Shown one piece after another: positions 34,249 to 47,539 of a DNA stretch of 64,000 bases. Position 1 is the stretch's first letter. Every line of letters begins with the position of its first letter. The notes beneath the pieces are model-generated. The model searched no databases. It saw only the letters and a list, made by a program, of their open reading frames with translations, and was not told the origin of the DNA. The position numbers and the translations under genes are program-made. This DNA comes from Leucoraja ocellata (Eukaryota): positions 3,596,001-3,660,000 of the forward strand of contig JAWMAR010000202.1 in the NCBI GenBank assembly GCA_036785375.1, written 5' to 3'.

Positions 34249-36008
34249 GAGTACTACTATACATAAGCATAATCCTAGATTATGTACAACGTGTATGGAA
34301 AGAGTCCACAGGACAATATACAAGAGCCACCAAGTTTTGGCGCCATTTTTAAAGTCCAAGTTGCATTAGTGCAGCTGGCCATAAAAGCCCATTGTCTTGG
34401 CGTTGTAGCAGGGTCAGCCAGCCCAAGCCAAATTGTAGGCATTGTCCACCGCTCTGTGTAATTGCAGACCATGTCCGGTCCATGCCCTCGGTCTGTTGGA
34501 GTAGCACCTGATCCAGTCGAGCCCCCATGCTCCTGCAGGGCTTCCACACGTTGCCTTGGTCCGGATCCTCGCATCGGCTAGAGAACCGTGTCCCTTTCTG
34601 TGCTCGTGGGTGGACCAGACTCACTAATGGGTCAGGTCTGATTAAAGACATCAGTTCATGTACTCCCTCCTAGTGCTGCAAAAGGTTCAAGTTCTTGAAA
34701 ATGTAAGGGTCTGGAAAAAATACATTGACTGAGTGTAAGATAAAATAAATAAATGACAACTATAAAGCATCCTGACACTGATTAGTTTATATTTATCTGT
34801 CAATAAATTAGACTTAACGACAGAAGATTCATCTCCTCATTAAAGGGAAAAGGTGCAATGGCTTTGGCATTTACAGCAAATTAAACCGCAGATGAGGTGT
34901 TTGCTTTCAAAAACAGTCAATCAATAAACAAACAAAAGGGTTGCATAACAGACTGAGCATCATGCAATGTTCCACCTTTCCAAAGCCTCCATCATCCTGC
35001 CATCTGCACATTTCATTGAATTGCTATGGATGGAACATTTTGAACAAAAGATTTTAATAGACATAAATGTCAGTGCATTATAACAAAAGAAATCTGATGA
35101 CTACACGATGACATGAATGGTTCACCTATGTGTTTTCCTACAGTGATAGGGGCTGAGGTCTGGGGCATTTAGCAATGGGACACCTGTGTAATGGCAGTGT
35201 TGGAAAGAGGAAAGCCAATATCCTGAGCGATGAATGCACTTTTAAACTGCACAATCCTGGTGGAACTCTCTTGGAACTGCACAAATAATGGAGTGTGCTT
35301 CTACCGTGACTGGGATCAAATAGCTGCCCTCAATGCTTCAAGATTCATACCAACATAAATGTTCAACTCCTGCATGGTAGCATCAGCCCATTGATGGCAA
35401 TAGAATACTCCTGGTTATTAGGTCTCTGATCCAGATGGCAGCTTTCTGCTCGAGGTCCACCTCTAGTCTAGGATGACGCAGACATCTTAGTAACATCTAT
35501 TGCTTGTTTGCCATCCCTCTGATTTTGAATAACATCAGTCTACTCTCACATAATAACAATCAGAGCTCTGAATGGAGTGGCCTGGGATTCGGTGGGTCAA
35601 AGGACCTGTTTCTATGCTGTATCTCGAAACTAAACTAAATAGTAGGTCCAACAAGTGGAAAGAGATGGATTTCCCCATGCACCTTTTCCTCTCATTCTAT
35701 CAGGCAGACTAGACAATCCACCAAATGGCTTTTGGCATTTTGTCTCAGGAGATTCGCCTGGAACCTCTTCGTATGGAGGACATGGCTGTTGTATGTTGAG
35801 CTCAGAATCAGTAAGGCAAGAACATGCTCCCTCTCCTGCTGGCTTACCCTTCCTGTCCTCTCCCATTTACTGAGGTTGACTGGAAAATCCAGAGCTCTGT
35901 TATCAATTAGTGGCTAAATGGGTGAAAATGTGTACTTGTATGAAATAATGACCAGGTCCTGCACCTAAATGATAGCTTTATCATATATACGTAACATGTG
36001 TGTATATA

Positions 36009-37620
36009 CAGTGGCTTGCAAAAGTATTAATACCCCTTGAACTTTTCCACATTTTGTCACGTTACAACTACAAACGTAAATGTATTTTATTGGGATGTTA
36101 TGTGATAGACCAACACAAAGTGGCGCATAATTGTGAAGTGGAAGGAAAATGATACATGGTTTTCAATTTTTTTTAGAAATAAAAAACTGAAAAGTGAGGC
36201 ATGCAAAAGTATTCAGCCCCCTTTACTCTGATACCCCTAAATAAAATCCAGTGCAACCAATTGCCTTCAGAAGTCACCTAATTAGTAAATAGAGTCCACT
36301 TGTGTGTAATGTAATCTCAGTATAAATACAGCTGTTCTGTGAAGGCCTCAGAGGTTTGTTAGAGAACATTAGTGAACAAACAGCATCATGAAGCCCAAGG
36401 AACACACCAGGCAGGTCAGGGATAAAGTTGTGGAGAAGTTTAAAGCAGGGTTAGGTTATAAAAAAATATCCCAAGCTTTGAACATCTCACGGAGCACTGT
36501 TCATCATCCGAAAATGGAAAGAGAATGCCACAACTGCAAACCTACCAAGACATGGTCGTCCACCTAAACTTACAGGCTGGGCAAGGAGAGCATTGATCAG
36601 AGAAGCAGCCAAGAAGCCCATGGTAACTCTGGAAGAGCTGCAGAGATCCACAGCTCAGGTGGGAGAATCTGTCCACAGGACAACTATTAGTCGTGCACTC
36701 CACAAATCGGGCCTTTATGGAAGAGTGGCAAGAAGAAAGCCATTGTTGAAAAAAAGCCATAAGAAGTCCCGTTTGCAGTTTGCCACAAGCCATGTGGGGG
36801 ACCCAGCAAACATGTGGAGGAAGGTGCTCTGGTCAGATGAGACCAAAATTGAAGTTTTTGGCCTAAATGCAAAACGCTATGTGTGGCGGAAAACTAACAC
36901 TGCACATCACCCTGAATACACCATCCCCACAATGAAACATGGTGGTGGCAGCATCATGCTGTGGGGATGCTTTTCTTCAGCAGGGACAGGGAAGCTGGTC
37001 CGAGTTGATGGGAAGATGGATGGAGCCAAATACAGGGCAATATTGGAAGAAAACCTGTTAGAGTCTGCAAAAGACTTGAGACTGGGGCGGAGGTTCACCT
37101 TCCAGCAGAACAACGACCCTAAATATACAGCCAGAGCTACAATGGAATGGTTTAGATCAAAGCATATTCATGTGTTAGAATGGCCCAGTCAAAGTCCAGA
37201 CCTAAATCCAATTGAGAATCTCTGGCAAGACTTGTAAATTGCTGTTCACAGATGCTCTCCATCCAATCTGACTGAGCTTGAGCTATTTTGCAAAGAAGAA
37301 TGGGCAAAAATGTCAGTCTCTAGATGTGCAAAGCTGGTAGAGACATACCCCAAAAGACTTGCAGCTGTAATTGCAGCGAAAGGTGGTTCTACAAAGTATT
37401 GACTCAGTGGGGCTGAATACTTTTGCACGCCACACTTTTCAGTTTTTCATTTGTAAAAAAATTTGAAAACCATGTATCAATTTCCTTCCACTTCACAATT
37501 ATGCACCACTTTGTGTTGGTCTATCACATAAAATCCCAATAAAATACATTTACGTTTGTGGTTGTAACGTGACAAAATGTGGAAAAGTTCAAGGGGTATG
37601 AATACTTTTGCAAGCCACTG
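36009..37620 (+). mobile_element. Full-length Tc1 transposon (Passport-like, IR/DR), 1612 bp, TA TSD
   Basis: TA|CAGTGGCTTGCAAAAGTATT ... AATACTTTTGCAAGCCACTG|TA; ~210-bp TIRs with an inner repeat gcaaaagtattcagcccc. Confidence 0.96.
36388..37402 (+). pseudogene. DD34E Tc1 transposase, inactivated
   Basis: MKPKEHTRQVRDKVVEK..WSDETK..FQQNND..SPDLNPIE..GGSTKY*; small deletion near 36500, QDND>QNND, stop at 37235-37237. Confidence 0.92.
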
Positions 37621-37636
37621 TATATATATATATATT

Positions 37637-38584
37637 CTAGACCAAGTGCAGACCCGTTGGGTCTGTTCCCCCAACGTGCGGTTGTGGGGGGGGAGGCGGC
37701 ATGCAGCAGAGGGGGGAGGGGGGGAGGAGAGAGGGGGAGGAGAGAGGGAGTGCTGAGAGGGGGGTGAGATAAGGGGCGGGGAGAGGTGGGGAGGGGGAGG
37801 GAAGGTGGTAGGGGTGTGTGGAGGGGAGGGGGGTTTAGGGGAGGGACGGTGGGGGAGGGGAGGAGGGGGAGAAAAAGAGGGGGGAGGGGAGGAGGGGGAG
37901 AAAAAGGGGGGAGAGGAGAGGGGGGGTAGAGGAGAGGGGGGGGAGAGGAGAGGGCGGGGAGAGGAGAGTGGGGGGGAGGGGGGGAGAGGAGAGGGGGGAG
38001 AGGAGAGTGGGGGGAAGAGGAGAGGGGGGGGAGAGGAGAGGGCGGGGAGAGGAGAGGGGGAGAGGAGAGGGGGGAGAGGAGAGGGGGGAGAGAGGAGGAG
38101 AGGGGGGGGGGGGGAGAGGAGGAGAGGGGGGGTAGAGGAGGAGAGGGGGGGGGGGGAAGAGTGCCTTTTTACTTCAACCCAAACCCAAACAACCATTTGC
38201 AGGCAGTGCTTTTTTACCTCTAACCATATTTTCATTTTCAAACCAAATTAAGGGTACTCACAGTGCTGTAGACATTTGTCAGTGTCATTCAGAGCTCTGA
38301 TTGAGGCACACCACTTGCAGAGACTGATTGAGGCACACCACTTCCTGGTTTTATAGTCCTTCCCCCTCCCTCCAGCAGGGGCAGCAGAGAGAATGGGGAA
38401 TTTTGTAAAAACATTAATATCTCTTGTGAATTTTCATCGACGGGAAAAATCCTCGGCACACATGCGGCGGAGGGGGGCTCTGAGCGAGGTGGCCAAAATT
38501 GGCGGCCGTAGGTGGCGGCATACTCTCGGAAATCGCAGCACAGAAAGCCAAAACCGGTCAAGAGCAGACTTTTAGTAATATAGA
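37637..38584 (-). mobile_element. Non-autonomous Helitron with a G/A-rich internal minisatellite
   Basis: Minus strand begins A|TCTATATTACTAAAAG and ends with hairpin CAGACCC-AAC-GGGTCTG followed shortly by CTAG; no TSD; sits in a (TA)n tract. Confidence 0.78.
37705..38160. repeat. Polypurine (GGAGA/Gn) low-complexity tract
   Basis: Almost only G and A, with many G runs of 4 or more. Confidence 0.95.
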
Positions 38585-41500
38585 TGTATATATATATATG
38601 TATACACACACAAACAACTATTTTTTCTCATTTATTATATTGTTTACAGAGTACTATGTTTACATATTCTGTTGTGCTGCTGCAAGTAAGAATTTAATTA
38701 TTCCATCTGGGATATGAAAATAAAACACTCTTGAATATTGACCATTCTTTGACTTCTCTCCTGTTTTCTGCAGAAAACTAGCAAAAGCACCTAGAAACTT
38801 TCTAATTTATGATTGAGTATGTTTAGTTACTAATCTTCAATTTTTGTTCTATTAATAATCTTATTTGAAAACTTGCCTGATATTAACCACTGTTAATTAT
38901 ATTCAGGTATTGTAGGTTCACAATCATTGACATTAGTACGACATACTTTAATCTAATCTACTATTTAGATGTTGTTAGGCTGATGGTGCATTTAATTGCA
39001 AAGTGATGTTCCTGCAATTTCCATTAAAGTTCCACTCAGCTGACTCTCAGGAAGGGTGTTCTGACTTTAAGCATTTATATGTCAATTTATGATAACTGTT
39101 AACATTTAAGTACTCCTTGGAAAAGTATGTTTTTGTCTCATCTCACAAGCCAGGCAGACTCACACCTAGTTAGACACAAAATGCTGGGGGACAGACAGCA
39201 TCTCTGCATAGAAGGAATGGGTGACGTTTTAGGTCGAGACCCTTCTTTGGTACTTCGATGGGAATATTAGATGCAGCAGACTTTGCTTGGAGAAGTGATA
39301 GGTGGCCCCAAGTCAGTTTTGATGCTGAGCATCATGTGGCTACTAACATGACTCCTCTATTCTTGGTGACTTCCAGACTGACTTTGATTTGGATCCCGAA
39401 AACCTATGCTGACCTCTGACAAGAAAATGTAGAGAGGGTTTTCTAACAAGTCAGTGATATCTGATGGAGTCTATGTTTTTGGGCAATAAATGAATAATCA
39501 AATGTTCATGCACCCAGGATATTATGTATTGGGCTGTTGATCACATTGCACAGGTCCAGATTTGGGACTGTTGATCAGCATTGACTAGTCATCACACAAA
39601 TGACGATCTGGTAGGTGGTGCAGGCTACAATTCATGGATTACATTAATGAAAGATTAGCAAAACACACAAAGCACATGTTGGTCAATAATACAGCTAAAG
39701 GGTTCTCCAAAATAACTTCTTCGTGTAACTTATTGAAGCAGGAACAAAAATACAAATAAGCAACAAAGCAAGACTTTACTTTTTTATAGACATTGCAATA
39801 GGTACAAGAATGGCAAGATGGGTAACTCATTTCATCATGGGCTGAACACGGAAATAGAGTAATTTCACTGATCTAGCTGTAAACTAGGTGTTTACATTGA
39901 GTGGCATGTTTAGAATACTCTTGTGTTTGTTCCTAGAATTCCAAAAACTATAATACATTCCTATAATATAGGGAATATTCTCTCAATCAAAATTGAAGCA
40001 GTATAATTTTATCATTTTTATTAAAAATGTTCTGCTTAACGATTGGACCATGTGGATGGATCAGATAACACAATCAAGTAAGAAAATGATTAAAATTAGA
40101 TCTGATGTATTTTTGGCAGCTTCCTATAATTCGTTGGATGCCAAATAGACAAACTCCTCGCGTCATTTGGCAGTATTCCAATGGCTGCTATTATAAATAT
40201 CATTCATGCAACTCAGATTAACATCAATTTCCGAAAGGATCCCCCTTCGGGGTTATAGATGATGAAATCACATTGGCACTCGGCCCAGATGAAGCTACGT
40301 TCATTGTGGCTACTTGTATCTGTTGTTTGCCCAACCTCTCTTATAGCTCCAATATATCAGTGTTGCACAAAAAATGGTTCTTCTTTTGTTGGAAATAATT
40401 GATGGCTTACCTAAGAACCATACTCGCAATCTCCACCCCATGTCGAAGGCCCGCATTTACAGCCTAGCTCTTTCTCAATGTGTCTCATATCTTGCAATGT
40501 GGCCCACTAGGCTATTATGCTTAATGTGCAGTAGGGAAGGATATAAACTTCTTGATTTTTGAACTATTTAGCTGAAATTAACTGGAAGGTCCCCATGTGT
40601 AAGGAGGAATGGATTTATTCCAAAGATAGACACAAAATACCCGGCGGGACAGGCAGCATCTCTTCAGGTCTGAGGAAGGGTCTCGACCCAAAACGTCACC
40701 CATTCCTTCTCTCCAAGATGCTGCCTTTCCCGCTGAGTAACTCCAGCATTTTGTATCTATAATAAGGTCCCTTTGGTCGCTGCCATAATTACATGTTGTT
40801 TTCTAAGCTTCTTCTTTATAATACTCCTACAATACTCCTTTTTGGGAGGCTTTGGAGAGCTTCTCTTATTGCTCCTTGTGAACCATCCAATTGCCAAATG
40901 AGGTAGTCATTACCTGTAAATAAGAGGTTCAACTGACACTTTGAGTCACCAAGCCAGCATGAACCCTATTTACACAATGCTGTTGTGTACGGGTGTGAGG
41001 CATGGACTCTCCAAGTCTCTCGATGGTACCTACACCCGAATGCTCGTGGGAAAGAAGGTGAATCAGAGGGAAAAACAGTTTAAAAAGAGCGCCAAAGCCA
41101 GTACTAGCCCAGTCCTTAAGTGGAGCTCGGAGCTTGAAACCCAAAAACATTATGATCCTTGCCCTGCTCTGATGTTGCAGTTGTGGCCACTGTTTTTCAG
41201 TCATTTGTAAAGCAAAGACCATGAACCGCAGTTCCTGTTGAAGTGAGATAAATATTCCTTAAAGCATGTTAGACTTCTGAGAGCCCTTCACTCATGTTTT
41301 CTCCTCCCTTTTCTACAGCAACTCCCATCATTTTGCAGTCACAGAAAATGCTAAAGGAAGCTCCATCAGCCTATCCAACCTGAGGGATAACTAGAAGCCA
41401 AAATAACAATGTTTTGTATCAGCAAATGTCTTTCAATAGCCCACTGATCACAGAGAACCACAGCAACTAACATTGTCAACATTGGGAGGCAGCCTGAAGC

Positions 41501-42155
41501 TAACTTGTAATTTTTTTTATCACATTACATAGCTCCAGCAGAAAAATCCTTCAGGCATTATTGTCATGTCTTGCTCCGAGAGATTAAGCAAGCACCAGGA
41601 TAGAATGCAGAATTTCAAAATGGCACTGTGAAATTAGATTAGCGTTGGTGTCATAATTTACTGCATGGTCCATGATTGCAATCCATTTATCAAATGGCTT
41701 TAGTTGCAGCTATCGGAATCATAGCGTATATATTTAGTTGCAGCGATCATAGCTAATATTTTTTTGAGAATTAATAGGTTATGAATCGCCTTAAATTAAT
41801 AGGCTGTGGGAACAATTTCTCACTGATCTGTTCAACAACTGTGTGGAAATTACCAAGAGAAAACCCTTTACACCCCTTGCAACTCTGGTTTATAATTTCC
41901 CTTTAATACAGGTTTAACTACTTAGTACTGTATGTCAAAAGTCGGGAAATGTTTTAATAGAGTACAATTTGTCTGGGTAATTATCAGAGAAATGTGTTGA
42001 CTCAGAATATAAAACCAAACGACCTTTGTCTTTTTAGATCAAGATAAAAGATACACGCAAGGAATCAACACTCAGAAAAGTGCTGATTAAAGTTGCCACC
42101 TTTCATTTTGTCGTTCCCTTTCGTCGCTGAACAACTTCATTAGGATTAACTCAAC

Positions 42156-42423
42156 ATGGGAAGTGATATGAAGACTCTAATTTTCATAGCAGCGACATCG
42201 GTTTTGGTAACAGTGGTGATATGTGTGCCAATCCAACAGACCCACAGCAGCAAGAAGCCAAATAAACTCTTGTTGATTTCTTTTGATGGATTTCGCTGGG
42301 ATTACGATCAGGACGTCGAGACACCACATCTGGACTATTTGGTAACAACGGGAGTAAAGGCAAAATATATTAACCCACCTTTTGTAACCATGACATCGCC
42401 ATCTCATTTTACAACCATCACAG
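42156..42423 (+). CDS. ENPP7: ENPP7-like exon 1 (signal peptide, LLLISFDGFRWDY, catalytic TMTSPSH)
   Basis: 268 nt, donor G|GTGGGA; NPP nucleophile Thr at 42393-42395. The symbol marks the subfamily; it is probably a paralog. Confidence 0.92.
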
Positions 42424-42936
42424 GTGGGATTTCAGAGTAAAGTTACAATGTTAAATGAATTTGTTCAATGTGGCTAATTTACTGTTTTATTCATGACGGA
42501 ATGTGGACACAATTTAGAATGAAATATATTACAATGAGATTAATTGGTAGCAGTTATGTATCAGAATGCAAGAACAGCTACTTTCCTACAACTCAGCTTC
42601 TTGAACCAAAATGCACAACCTATTCCTACTCGGCAATGGATCACTATGGTCCATCACTTGGTTTAGCATGTACTTGATTTCTAATTTTGATTTGCACTAA
42701 TGGCTTGATTTTGCTGTCTTTTTACAATCTTGCAGAGTTTATCTTTTTGTGCGTTGCATTTGTCCATATGCCTGCAATGCTGCTGCGAGCAAGATTTTCA
42801 TTGTACCTGTGCCTCAGCATACTTGTGCATATGACAATAAACTCAAAGATAGACACAAAAAGCTGGAGTAACTCAACTGGTCAGGCAGCATCTCTGGTGA
42901 AAAGGAACAAGTGACGTTTCGGGTCGAGAGTCTGAA

Positions 42937-43248
42937 CATAGAAACATAGAAACATAGAAAATAGGTGCAGGAGTAGGCCATTCGGCCCTTCGAGCCTGCA
43001 CCGCCATTCAATATGATCATGGCTGATCATCCAACTCAGTATCCTGTACCTGCCTTCTCTCCAAACCCCCTGATCCCTTTAGCCACAAGGGCCACATCTA
43101 ACTCCCTCTTAAATATAGCCAATGAACTGGCCTCAACTACCTTCTGTGGCAGAAAATTCCAGAGATTCACCACTCTCTGGGTGAAAAATGTTTTCCTCAT
43201 CTCGGTCCTAAAGGATTTCCCCCTTATCCTTAAACTGTGACCCCTTGT
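42937..43248 (-). mobile_element. Young CR1 3' fragment inserted at the centre of a fold-back element (42848-43300)
   Basis: Nearly identical to 21364-21668; (catagaaa)n tail; TCTGAA on both sides. Confidence 0.9.
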
Positions 43249-43605
43249 TCTGAAGAAGGGTCTAGATCCGAAACGTCACCTATTCCTTTTCTCCAGAGAT
43301 AATACCCCCCTACCAAAATATAAAATGGTCTAATCATTTTTTTTTTTTAACAGCTCAAGCTAGGTGAACAAGTATCATGCTTTTAATCTCTCATCTCCAG
43401 GCAGTAAAATGGGATTAAAGGGCATATTTTATCAACTGCCCTTCAGAGTAAGTCAAATGGTCTGTCAGCACTTTCCTTTATTACTATGGTTGTGAAACAC
43501 AGGAATGGATTCCTTAAAATAGAGAAGATTTTATTATAGAATAATTGACCAGATTTTTGCTCATTGTTCCCTTTAATCAAATTCACTTTGTTTAGTCTGA
43601 TTTAT

Positions 43606-43799
43606 GCCCCTGTCCCACTTAGGAAACCTGAACGGAAACCTTTGGAGACTTTGCGCCCCACCCAAGGTTCCCGGAGGTTTTTGTCAGTCTCCCTCCCTGC
43701 TTCTACTACCTGCAACCACCTGCAACCTCCGGGAACCGCACGGAAACCTTGGCTGGGGCGCAAAGTCTCCAGAGATTTCCGTCCAGGTTTCCTGGGCAT
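43606..43799. mobile_element. Palindromic MITE (PIF/Harbinger-like)
   Basis: tta|tgccc ... gggca|taa; long arms ggagactttgcgcccca / tggggcgcaaagtctcc. Confidence 0.75.
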
Positions 43800-44041
43800 A
43801 AGGAACTTTTTTTAAGTTTCTAGTCGAGGTACAACAAGTACACAGCTGGCAGATTACCATTATTTCATTGAAACCCAAATGAGAATAACAACTTTTTATT
43901 GTAAGTTTCACAAATGTATCTGTAAACCTGAAGATCTATTCTAGAATTCCAGGAACTCTACAAATAATTCAACTGCAGTTGCAAACATTCTTTGTGTTTC
44001 CCGCTCTCCGTCCATGAAGTAATATTTGTTTCCTTTCACAG

Positions 44042-44187
44042 GGCGGTGGATTGAAGATCATGGAGTTGTTCACAATATGTTTTACAACACAAAAACTATG
44101 CTTAAACTACCTCATAAAATCACATTAGGGAAGACATTATGGTGGGATAATGGAGTACTTCCTTTGTGGATCACAGCTCAAAACCAG
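44042..44187 (+). CDS. ENPP7: ENPP7-like exon 2: (G)RWIEDHGVVHNMFYNTKTMLKLPHKITLGKTLWWDNGVLPLWITAQNQ
   Basis: 146 nt, acceptor ttcctttcacag, donor CAG|GTATTT; phases fit. Confidence 0.94.
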
Positions 44188-45020
44188 GTATTTTTCATAC
44201 TTTGAGTTGTCTAATTGTTACATTTGTAGCAAATCATCTATTAAACCAAATTAAATAGAACCTTAGACTGAAGTGGGCACTTCGGTGCACCTCACCTATG
44301 CCGACCGTAATGCTAATCCCAGTAGATTGGCTCATTATACCTCTACACCTTTCTTATCCATGTACCTGTTCCTCTTTTACTAACCTGGTCAATAGTGATG
44401 TTGCATTGAAGTGCTTGTTTGCATTCTCTCCACTATAATATTAAACTAATGGCTGCATCATTTCTTCACATAACTAAGATTAGAACAGGTCATGGGTCAC
44501 ACAAGTTAACTTGATCAGTGTTGGTTCAGGTTCAGAGTGTAAATTATTATACATACTTTTAGGACCTGGTAAGAGTCAGCCATTGCTTGTGCTTCCTTTT
44601 AGATTATGTCATTAAATGAGCTTCTTCTAATTTCCTATTGCTACATTTGTTGGGTTGACCTTTACTTCAATGTTAAAGTTAAAGCACATCCCCTCACTCT
44701 CAGCCATAATTCTGAGGCTGATCTTCATCTTGAGCTTAGCCTTTTCAAGAACATAGAGCAACTAAAAGTAGGATTTTACATTGATTTCTTACACCAGCAG
44801 TGCTGAGCACCATTGTAACAACCTTATTGTCACTCTGGCTGAGGCTGGCTAACTCTTCAGGCTGATCAAGGCACCTATCCCACCTAATTCCCAAATGTTA
44901 CACATTGAGTACGTATTTTTCCAATGAAACATTAGAAGAGCCACTCCCATTTTCTTCTGGGAGTTAATTGTCATCGATAAAATGAAAAAAATAAGGCCAT
45001 ATTTCGACTTCTGCACACAG

Positions 45021-45644
45021 GGAAAAAAAGTAGCATCATTCCACTATCCAGGAGGAAATGTGACCTATGGCGGACAAGCAATCTACAGATCTCTGGGGGA
45101 ATCACTGACTCACCCTGATGCTAATGAGACAGAATGGAGAATAAATATCGATATGGTCTTGGATTGGTTTGAAAAGGAAGACTTTGATTTTGTAACGCTT
45201 TACTATGGAGAGCCTGATGGCGTTGGACACAAAGTGGGACCAGAAACACCAGAGAGACGTGATATAATCCGACAGATTGACAGAACCATTGGCTACTTAA
45301 TATCCAGCATTGATAGGCACAATCTGAAAGACCGGCTAAACGTTATCATAACCTCAGACCATGGGATGACAACAGTAAAGAAAAAGCCTGAAATTAATGA
45401 AATCAAACTCTCAAAATACGTCAGTTTTAAAAATATCAAGTTCGAATTATTAGACTATGGAGGATTTGGGATGCTTTTGCCTAAACAAGGAAAAACTGAA
45501 GAAGTCTACCAGGCACTGAAAAATGCACATCCACATTTAAAAGTATATAAAAAGGAAGAAATGCCTGAACATTTTCATTACAGTAAAAATGATCGTCTTT
45601 TGCCCATCTTTGTTTATGGAGACAATGGGTATTCTGTTAATGGG
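45021..45644 (+). CDS. ENPP7: ENPP7-like exon 3 (GEPDGVGH and TSDHG metal ligands)
   Basis: 624 nt open, acceptor cacacag, donor GGG|GTAAGT. Confidence 0.95.
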
Positions 45645-45752
45645 GTAAGTGGCAAGTGCTTTTGTTTCAATTTAATTTTGAGGTATAAAAAGGAGAGTTA
45701 TTTGTATGGCAGCTGAGAGAAATGAAATATAAACAAACCTTATGAATCTACA

Positions 45753-45957
45753 CAGTAATTAAAAGAAACTGCAGTTGCTGGTTTATACCAAATATAGACG
45801 CAAAATGTTGGAGCAACTCAGTGGGTCAGGCAGTATCTCTGGAGAAAATGGATAAGTGATGTTTCGGGTTGGGACCCTTCTTCAGACTGAAGAATGCCGG
45901 TCCATTTTCTCTAGAGATGCTGCCTGACCCACTGAGTTACTCCAGTATTTTGTGTAT
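45753..45957. mobile_element. Fold-back mini-element with a 16-bp TSD and a minus-strand hammerhead motif (45855-45888)
   Basis: ACCTTATGAATCTACA at 45737-45752 and 45958-45973; minus strand AGT-CTGAAGA-AGGGTCCCAACCC-GAAA-CA-TC-ACT. Confidence 0.85.
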
Positions 45958-47120
45958 ACCTTATGAATCTACATATTCTTTATATGTTCCATAAGGAATT
46001 AAGTGAAACTATGAATGGCTAACTAATGTAAATGTATCTTCTTTTAGAACATGTTTATTTCTTTTAGTGCGTTGTCAACAATATACTAAAAATGATTACT
46101 GTGGGTGCTGATTCCATCAACAATTCTTTCTGTTCTTTTCTATCCTTTTTATTCATATTTTCAGGCAGCACAAAATATCCAAGCAGCAAAGCAGTGGCTA
46201 CCTTGCCATAGTCATAGGGTAGTCATGGTGTGATATAGCAGGGAAACACGCCCTTCAGCCCATCAAGGTGTGCTAACCATCAAGTACCTATTTACCCTAA
46301 TCCTACATTAATCACATTGTATTCTCTCAAATTTCCCATTCTACACACCAGGAGCAATTTGCAGTGGCCATTTAACTTACAAACCTGCACATCTGTGGAC
46401 TGTGGGAGGAAACCAGAACAGCAGGGGGAAACAAGGAGAACATGCAAATTCCACACAGTCAACCGCAGAAGTCAGGACAGAACCTGGTTCGCTGCACCAA
46501 TGTTCTACCCTTCTTTCTCTTTAATTCTATACCCCTTCTTTTATTTACTGTTTTCCTTGTCAAGAAAGATGTGCTGCACAACATTCCCAGACCAGAACTG
46601 TCATTACTGTAAGGTGCATTTAATAGCATCATTGAGCATGTCTTAATGTTTGGTTTACCATTCTCTAAAGGAGCTCACTGATATTGGGAGTATATTTGCA
46701 GAAAGGCACAAGTCCAAATTCTGCTGCCTTATACTTTAACACATGTCCAATTTAACAACCTGGTCACGAATTATTGAAACAGTTACTACCACTTAGTTTC
46801 TGCTATTCCTTCCTACACACGGCTGCATTTTCATAACACATTCTCCACGCTGGCTTCCAGCTTCCCAATTGAATCCATCTCTGCATTTGTCTTAAATTGT
46901 TGACTGATTCCCACATATATAAAAAAATGTGGACACTGTTATTATTAGCCTCACCATTATTTTTACTGAACATTCAAGGGCTTATGTGACATAAACAAGT
47001 AAAATGATTAATTTATGACAACATTTGGAAATTTCTGAATAAAAAACATAATCGCAGAAATCCTCATTGTCTGAGCTAGTTGCAAATGCTGGAGGGAAGA
47101 CTGACCATTTATTATTTCAG

Positions 47121-47367
47121 AGAATCATCATTTACTTCAACAAAGGAGATCATGGATTTGACAATGGAGAAATGGACATGAAGATGATTTTCCGAGCATT
47201 TGGCCCAGATTTCCAGCATTCTTACCTGGCAGAGCCCTTTGACAGTATTCACACTTATCCCTTGATGTGCAAGTTATTGGGAGTGACACCAGAACCGAAC
47301 AATGGGTCGTTGGCATTCACTCGTGGGATGCTAGTAGGTTCACCTGACAAAATACCAGATTACCCAG
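47121..47367 (+). CDS. ENPP7: ENPP7-like exon 4 (GDHGFDN..FRAFGPDF..PEPNNGS)
   Basis: 247 nt, acceptor tatttcag, donor CAG|GTATTG. Confidence 0.92.
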
Positions 47368-47539
47368 GTATTGAAAGAGTTCCTTCTCCATGCATCGATG
47401 CATTTTACGACATACATGTAATTTTAAATGGAAAATATATTATTCACTTATAGTTGCCTGCAAACGAATACATGTCAAAATGTAAGCAGAAAACATAATT
47501 GATCAGCTATTATGGAACTTTATAATTGGCTTGATAAAT

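Noticed and set aside
37477-38251. 254-aa Pro/Ser-rich and 148-aa Gly/Glu/Arg-rich ORFs
   Set aside because: Translations of the polypurine low-complexity tract
40975-41047. Coding-looking ..GCEAWTLSKSLDGTYTRML snippet
   Set aside because: Resembles a tiny RTE-LINE remnant, not a host exon; too short to bound
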